A stretch of DNA of 44,078 bases from Promethearchaeota archaeon (GTDB lineage: Archaea > Asgardarchaeota > Lokiarchaeia > Sigyniarchaeales > SOKP01), in NCBI GenBank assembly GCA_029838195.1, contig JALGVJ010000052.1:1-44078 (forward strand), read 5' to 3'. Position numbers and translations under genes: made by a program. A model generated the notes under the pieces. That model was given only the letters and a program-made list of their open reading frames with translations. It was not told where the DNA came from and searched no databases. This document shows, in pieces, positions 39,451 to 44,078 of this stretch; position 1 is the first letter of the stretch; each line of letters starts with the position of its first letter.

Positions 39451-40977
39451 TCATAAAATTTCACTAAAATCGATGTATAACACGTTAGGATTTTCTTGAA
39501 ATTGCTGGTATGTTATGAATAAACTCTGAAATGATGGTAAGCTTGCTAAAATAGAAGCACCAGTAAAAATTGCGTATTGAGGATTATCCGGCACGAAATA
39601 TTTTATAAATACTTCTGTAGGATCGATATAATCATGAAATTCTTCTGCTAATTTAATGCCCATCTCTTCGTCAGATTTCAATTTCTGCCCACAATAAGGG
39701 CAAAATGTGGAGGAAGAGTCTTTTATTTCCTTATTACAATGTGGACAAACAATAGGAGTTGTTTCATTTGTTTCTTGCGGTTTCTTTTTATTTAACTCTA
39801 TGGGAATTTTTGGTAATTTTAAACGACCCTTGCATTCAGGGCAAAATTCAAGATCTTCTGATACATCTAAAAAAGCACCACAATGAGGACAATTATCTTT
39901 CTTCTTTTTTTTCACGAACTCAACATTTTGAAGATTTTTAATCTCTTTTTTAATTTCGGTCGTTAATTTTGTGCCCCGTGATTTCAGTTTTTTAGAGGGT
40001 ATTGGTCCCAATTGAGGAAGAAGATTTGAAATTTCTAATTTAAATCTTTCCTCAAAACCGCTATATTGAATATTTCCTCCAGATAAAACAATATGAGAAA
40101 GGAGTTCTTCCCAATATTTCTTGTCAATGCTTTTTAAACTAGAAATTGTTGCTTGTGGCAAATTTTGAATGTTATATCCTAACATGCTTGGTTGGAATAA
40201 TACTTCGGGAGCCTCATAAATGATATGACTAGGAATGCTCAAATTAGAACCATCTGGTAATCGATAAATATAATCATCATCAGTTCTTGGGGGTTTGCTA
40301 GGATCTAACACGAAATAACAGTTTTTCTCCTTAATTTCCTTAATTATTTCATCAACAGCAGAGGAACTAATGGAGATTCCTTCTCTCATCAATAAAGATT
40401 TTAAATTATTATTCACATCCATACCCGCAAGATTTAATCTTTGAACGGCTTCTTGAACGATTTTTCCATTAATTATGGGAACTATCCATGTCGTTCCATC
40501 TCCGCTCTCAATCACCAAGCCCGTTGTTAAACCCACGGAAAACAAGGATAAAAAAGGAGTAGGTACAAAAATAAGACTTTTAACGCCATGAGTCTCAAAT
40601 AATACCCGAGCAATATATTCCTTGATATCAGGTTGAACAAATAAACTTTCAGTATATACCACGGGATATTGCGAAAGGTCCTCTATTCGCAAGAGGGAAT
40701 AAAAAAGATAATTAAGAATTTCATAATATCCTTCCCAATCTTTAATAACTCCTCTCTCAATGGGATACGATACTTTTAAAACACCCCTCATTTTCATGGC
40801 ATCATTACCAACGTAAAGATTTCGCGCTCCAACATCAACCATTATCGCTTTATATCTTTCAGTTCCGATCATAGTTGGGAAAACAAATCTAGGGGTAGGA
40901 TCTCCAGCAAAACCAACTTTGACATATGCAGAACCTAAATCAATGATAATGGGTGTACCGGGTAAGGGTATTGCCAT
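39451..40977 (-). CDS. Actin-related protein with an internal zinc-ribbon insertion
   Basis: IIIDLGSAYVKVGFAGD.PRFVFP, YPIERG, TTGLVIESGDG, IKEK, LPDG, PEVLFQP, IVLSGG and GASILASL.SF. Confidence 0.93.
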   Translation of the reverse strand: MAIPLPGTPIIIDLGSAYVKVGFAGDPTPRFVFPTMIGTERYKAIMVDVGARNLYVGNDAMKMRGVLKVSYPIERGVIKDWEGYYEILNYLFYSLLRIEDLSQYPVVYTESLFVQPDIKEYIARVLFETHGVKSLIFVPTPFLSLFSVGLTTGLVIESGDGTTWIVPIINGKIVQEAVQRLNLAGMDVNNNLKSLLMREGISISSSAVDEIIKEIKEKNCYFVLDPSKPPRTDDDYIYRLPDGSNLSIPSHIIYEAPEVLFQPSMLGYNIQNLPQATISSLKSIDKKYWEELLSHIVLSGGNIQYSGFEERFKLEISNLLPQLGPIPSKKLKSRGTKLTTEIKKEIKNLQNVEFVKKKKKDNCPHCGAFLDVSEDLEFCPECKGRLKLPKIPIELNKKKPQETNETTPIVCPHCNKEIKDSSSTFCPYCGQKLKSDEEMGIKLAEEFHDYIDPTEVFIKYFVPDNPQYAIFTGASILASLPSFQSLFITYQQFQENPNVLYIDFSEIL

Positions 40978-41093
40978 TTAACTCCACATCTTTAAAAGTT
41001 ATAAAAAAATTTATACCAATTTTTTATAAATATTATAATAATCTTAATAATTAAATGTACTTTCATGGGACATCCAATAAATAGATCTATTAT

Positions 41094-41537
41094 CTACTGA
41101 TTCATACCTAAACTCTTCTCTAAGAATGTTTTTAATGTTTTTAAAATGGTGCGTTCTAAGATTAATCCTACTAATTGATAATTATTATTTATAATGGGTA
41201 ACCGTTCAATTTGGTTATCAAAGAGTTTATCTAAAGCATCTTTAATCGTATCTTTTTCTTTTAGTACAACGGGATTTGGAGTCATTAAATCTCTCACGAG
41301 GGTAGAAGGGTTCTCTAAGGACATGGCGAACCGGGCTAATCTTATGTCTCTTTGAGTAATGATCCCAATGAGTCGAAGTTGCTTCTTATCATTCACGACG
41401 GGTAATCCACTAATTTTTTTTTTCAACATGAAGAGTTCAGCAACACTGACTTTTTCATCTGGTGTTGTAAATAATGGTTCTTTAATCATGATTTTACTAA
41501 TTGGAATTTTAGCAAATTCTATAAATTCATTCTTCAT
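41094..41537 (-). CDS. CBS-domain pair protein
   Basis: ISGLPVV...IGIITQRDI and IERLPII...LVGLI. Confidence 0.9.
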   Translation of the reverse strand: MKNEFIEFAKIPISKIMIKEPLFTTPDEKVSVAELFMLKKKISGLPVVNDKKQLRLIGIITQRDIRLARFAMSLENPSTLVRDLMTPNPVVLKEKDTIKDALDKLFDNQIERLPIINNNYQLVGLILERTILKTLKTFLEKSLGMNQ

Positions 41538-41632
41538 TAATGCTACCCAATTCTTAGATTTTTTTCTTTTTTCTTGAAAATAATTGAGGTAATTCCATCG
41601 TGGTTGGTAATTAATGTAAAAAATTCATTCAT

Positions 41633-42007
41633 TTAACTTAAGTTTTTTTCTGATTTTATTTCATTTTCTAAGGTTTTAACTTTAGATTCTAAATCTAAAT
41701 AGGTGCGAAGGAGAAATTTTCCCCATTCATTTAATTTTACGTGCCCTCCTCCTCCACGACCACCTTTGCTTGTTTTGACTGGAGTCATGCCAGTTCTTCT
41801 CTCGATTCTTTTTAAAATATTCCACGCATATTTATATGAATAATTACATTCCTTAGCTGCTTTAGTTAGGGAGGTGTCTTCATTTTTATCTAAATGTTTT
41901 AAAAGATTTGCCCATCCAGAGCCTAAAATGCTTTTATTATCAAATTCAAGCCAAAATTTTATCCGAAACTTTACCTTTGATTTTAGGATTTCCAAATACC
42001 CCACCAA
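41633..42007 (-). CDS. ModE-type winged-helix transcriptional regulator
   Basis: KFWLE...LGSG..LL...SLTKAAK...SYKYAW...GGRGGGG..LNEWG. Confidence 0.88.
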   Translation of the reverse strand: MVGYLEILKSKVKFRIKFWLEFDNKSILGSGWANLLKHLDKNEDTSLTKAAKECNYSYKYAWNILKRIERRTGMTPVKTSKGGRGGGGHVKLNEWGKFLLRTYLDLESKVKTLENEIKSEKNLS

Positions 42008-42209
42008 TGAGTATAATTTTATTTTTTTCAGTCATCCAATTCAATAGAAAACGATTTTATCCTAAAAGTTTTTTTTTTAACATGATGATAAATTTTCTAT
42101 TTTCATAAATCCTCGTGTTATTTTAAGTTAACGGATAATAATGAAAAAAATAAAAATTATAATTAAATGAATATTATCTTTCAAAACGTTAAATAATGGA
42201 AGAATTAGA

Positions 42210-42959
42210 ATGTTCGGTTTTGAAGGAACTAACACCAAAAGAGGAACAAAAGTAATTAATAATCTGTATTACTTCTCCGAAAATCAAATGCTAGATTGCA
42301 ATCAATTTGCAATTATTAATGAAAATTCGGAGGAAATCGCTTTATTTGATGCCGGTAACGGAAGGAGCCTTAAAGGATTATTTAATGGAATGAAAAAACT
42401 AGGACTTAATCCCGAAAATATCACTAAAATTTTCTTAACTCATGAACACGTAGATCACGTGCTTGGATTATACCCTTTAATGGAATATTTAAAAGAAGAC
42501 CCGCCCAAAATTTATGCTCATGGAGAAACTGCTAGGATTTTAACTCAAGGGGATGAAAACAAAATATTTCCGGGTGGTTTAGGAATTACAGCCCATATGT
42601 TCGGAGTTAAAATTCGACCTCTTATGGTCACTAAACTAATGGATGGTGATTTTATTACCTTAAATCAAGAATTTAAATTCAAAGTATTACATGCTCCTGG
42701 CCATTCTTTAGGGTCTGTCTGTTATTATTTTCCGGAACAAAAAGTGTTAATTCCTGGTGATGTCGTGTTTACGGGAGGAAGTTTTGGTCGTTTTGATTTT
42801 CCTGGAGGATCTTTACAGCAACTCATCAAATCGATTTCCATGCTCACTACTCTTGATGTAGTCTACTTGCTACCAGGACACATGGGAATTTCTGATAATG
42901 GAAACCAGCAAATTCAATATTCCTATAGGATGATTCAATCTTCCGCTGGCTTTTTTTAA
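42210..42959 (+). CDS. MBL-fold metallo-hydrolase
   Basis: THEHVDH, PGHS, GD and PGH. Confidence 0.93.
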   Translation: MFGFEGTNTKRGTKVINNLYYFSENQMLDCNQFAIINENSEEIALFDAGNGRSLKGLFNGMKKLGLNPENITKIFLTHEHVDHVLGLYPLMEYLKEDPPKIYAHGETARILTQGDENKIFPGGLGITAHMFGVKIRPLMVTKLMDGDFITLNQEFKFKVLHAPGHSLGSVCYYFPEQKVLIPGDVVFTGGSFGRFDFPGGSLQQLIKSISMLTTLDVVYLLPGHMGISDNGNQQIQYSYRMIQSSAGFF

Positions 42960-43072
42960 AATTCTTCATTATCGGCGTTCATGAAATAATTAATCTTACT
43001 TTCTATTAAAAAAAATCAAGAAAGAGAAGAATAAAAAAAGGAAAAAAAAAGTAAACATTTATTCGTGTAAAT

Positions 43073-43732
43073 TTATTCGTCTAATTCGTCTGGTTCTACT
43101 GAAATGTAGCTCAGCAAGCGGTCAATTTCTTCTACTTTTTTGTTAATGTTCAGCACGGTATTTAAATGAATGGTATCTCCCTTTCCAGGGATTAAAGTGA
43201 GAGAGCCAGCCCTTAAAATGAAATATTCGAATACATCAGGTATCTCTTTTCTAATACGTAAATTCGCTGTTGGAAATCTCTCAGCAGAAGCGAAAATTCC
43301 CTTTTTATGGTAAATTTCATTTCTCTCAATTTTCCAATAATCAAAGTAATTTCCAAGAATTACAAGACCTAAGATAATTGCTAATATTAAGGTAACTAAC
43401 AAGTAGAAGTCCGCCGGAAGTGCAAGATTTAATGAAATCCCCGTGCCAGGAAGTGTCACGTTAGGTAATACAAGAAAAACGATTAGTAGAATTATTACTA
43501 CGATGGATAAAAGAAGCACGAAAAATTTTGTCGTAGAGAAATCAAAGGCGGTGACGAAAAGATTTGCAAAAAATACAATGAACCAAATGTAGCCAAAAAT
43601 GTTGGAAGGGACAATAAATAGTTGTATGATCCATAGAATGAGGGACGTAAAAATTAGTGGGTAGAAAAAGATAACTTTTGGATACGTACGTAAATATACA
43701 TTTTCTGTAGTTTTGCTTGACATTTTTTTCAC
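43073..43732 (-). CDS. Membrane protein (4 TM) with C-terminal bacterial-PH-like domain
   Basis: Hydrophobic N-terminal two thirds, then YWKIERNEIYHKKGIF...FEYFILRAGSLTL. The start may be the ATG three codons into the ORF, since GGTGA overlaps the GTG. Confidence 0.65.
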   Translation of the reverse strand: MKKMSSKTTENVYLRTYPKVIFFYPLIFTSLILWIIQLFIVPSNIFGYIWFIVFFANLFVTAFDFSTTKFFVLLLSIVVIILLIVFLVLPNVTLPGTGISLNLALPADFYLLVTLILAIILGLVILGNYFDYWKIERNEIYHKKGIFASAERFPTANLRIRKEIPDVFEYFILRAGSLTLIPGKGDTIHLNTVLNINKKVEEIDRLLSYISVEPDELDE

Positions 43733-43851
43733 CTGTTAGAATTAATTTTTCTTAATTTTTTAACATGTAATAATTGCTTATAAAATTATATACAAACTTC
43801 TGTTTTTAAAATTTTGTTTAACGGATATTTTATTCGAAACTCTAACTATAA

Positions 43852-43873
43852 ATTTGGCCAAATTTGGCCAAAT
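43852..43873. repeat. Tandem palindromic decamer (TTTGGCCAAA)x2
   Basis: a-tttggccaaa-tttggccaaa-t is a perfect 22-nt palindrome at the AT-rich/GC-rich junction. Confidence 0.8.
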
Positions 43874-44078
43874 GTGGACCACTTTCCTCCCGTCGTTAGA
43901 GGAAACGGGAGGGTGATGGATGGACTACGGCGGCGGCGAGAGGCCACCGCATTCGAGATGAGCTTGAAGTAATAATGCCGAGAGGCGGGCGGAATTCGAG
44001 TGCCGCGTGAGATGAGGCTCGCTTGTCGTGCTGCGACCGCACGCATCGCACTTGAAATCATGGTAGGGAATGCCGTTC
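43852..44078 (-). mobile_element. 3' end of a GC-rich element encoding a TnpB-like C-terminus (IS200/IS605/IS607-like), truncated by the window edge
   Basis: Abrupt rise in GC. Minus-strand frame 44077-43925 reads NGIPYHDFKCDACGRSTTSEPHLTRHSNSARLSALLLQAHLECGGLSPPP*. A downstream hairpin CCTCCCGT/ACGGGAGG lies at 43886-43912. Confidence 0.5.

Noticed and set aside
39427-39453. Selenocysteine read-through of the actin-like gene TGA (would give U-N-E-C)
   Set aside because: The protein already ends at the expected actin C-terminus and no convincing SECIS was seen.
5673-42108. Short antisense or overlapping ORFs in the track (e.g. 5673, 6966, 8066, 8975, 10056, 15299, 16529, 17773, 20103, 20568, 20605, 22116, 22672, 24660, 25299, 26574, 27060, 31909, 39759, 41359, 41908)
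   Set aside because: They lie opposite well-supported genes or elements, have shadow-like composition and show no motifs.
43846-44061. 71-aa minus-strand ORF from the track
   Set aside because: A different minus frame (44077-43925) gives a zinc-finger/TnpB-like sequence. This ORF runs through the hairpin and palindrome and looks non-coding.
1-44078. CRISPR arrays, rRNA or tRNA genes
   Set aside because: No regularly spaced repeats or cloverleaf/rRNA-like GC-rich segments were seen by eye; tRNAscan-SE and Infernal were not run.

Overview
AT-rich archaeal chromosome segment. It is most likely from an Asgard archaeon (Lokiarchaeia/Promethearchaeota-like); this is inferred from archaeal-type PheRS, CoaD and Ski2-like helicase found together with an actin-family protein, two longin-like proteins and a Vps29-like protein. 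Positions 1-13.2 kb form a surface-glycosylation island (GT4 x2, GT2, GT-C-type membrane proteins, radical SAM/SPASM, AlkP-family enzyme, GDP-mannose dehydratase). It also carries a PIN/RHH toxin-antitoxin pair and a decayed DDE transposase next to a truncated membrane glycosyltransferase. Positions 13.3-43.7 kb hold mostly housekeeping genes (bacterial-type rph, pheS-pheT-pheA, coaD, acyl-CoA ligase, ppdK, tyrS, folD) and a cluster of eukaryote-like proteins. Main observations missing from the ORF track: (1) a 20-codon leader ORF with 5 Phe codons, overlapping competing hairpins and a U-tract, upstream of pheS-pheT-pheA, i.e. a candidate PheM-like attenuator in an archaeon; (2) a ~31-nt self-complementary, frame-breaking insert in a DUF1512 gene (intron, recoding signal or mini-element); (3) the 3' end of a GC-rich TnpB-like element at the right edge, apparently lacking the RuvC-III Asp; (4) a 55-aa small ORF and a probable ATC start codon. 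No rRNA, tRNA or CRISPR array was seen. All family calls come from motif recognition by eye; no searches were run.
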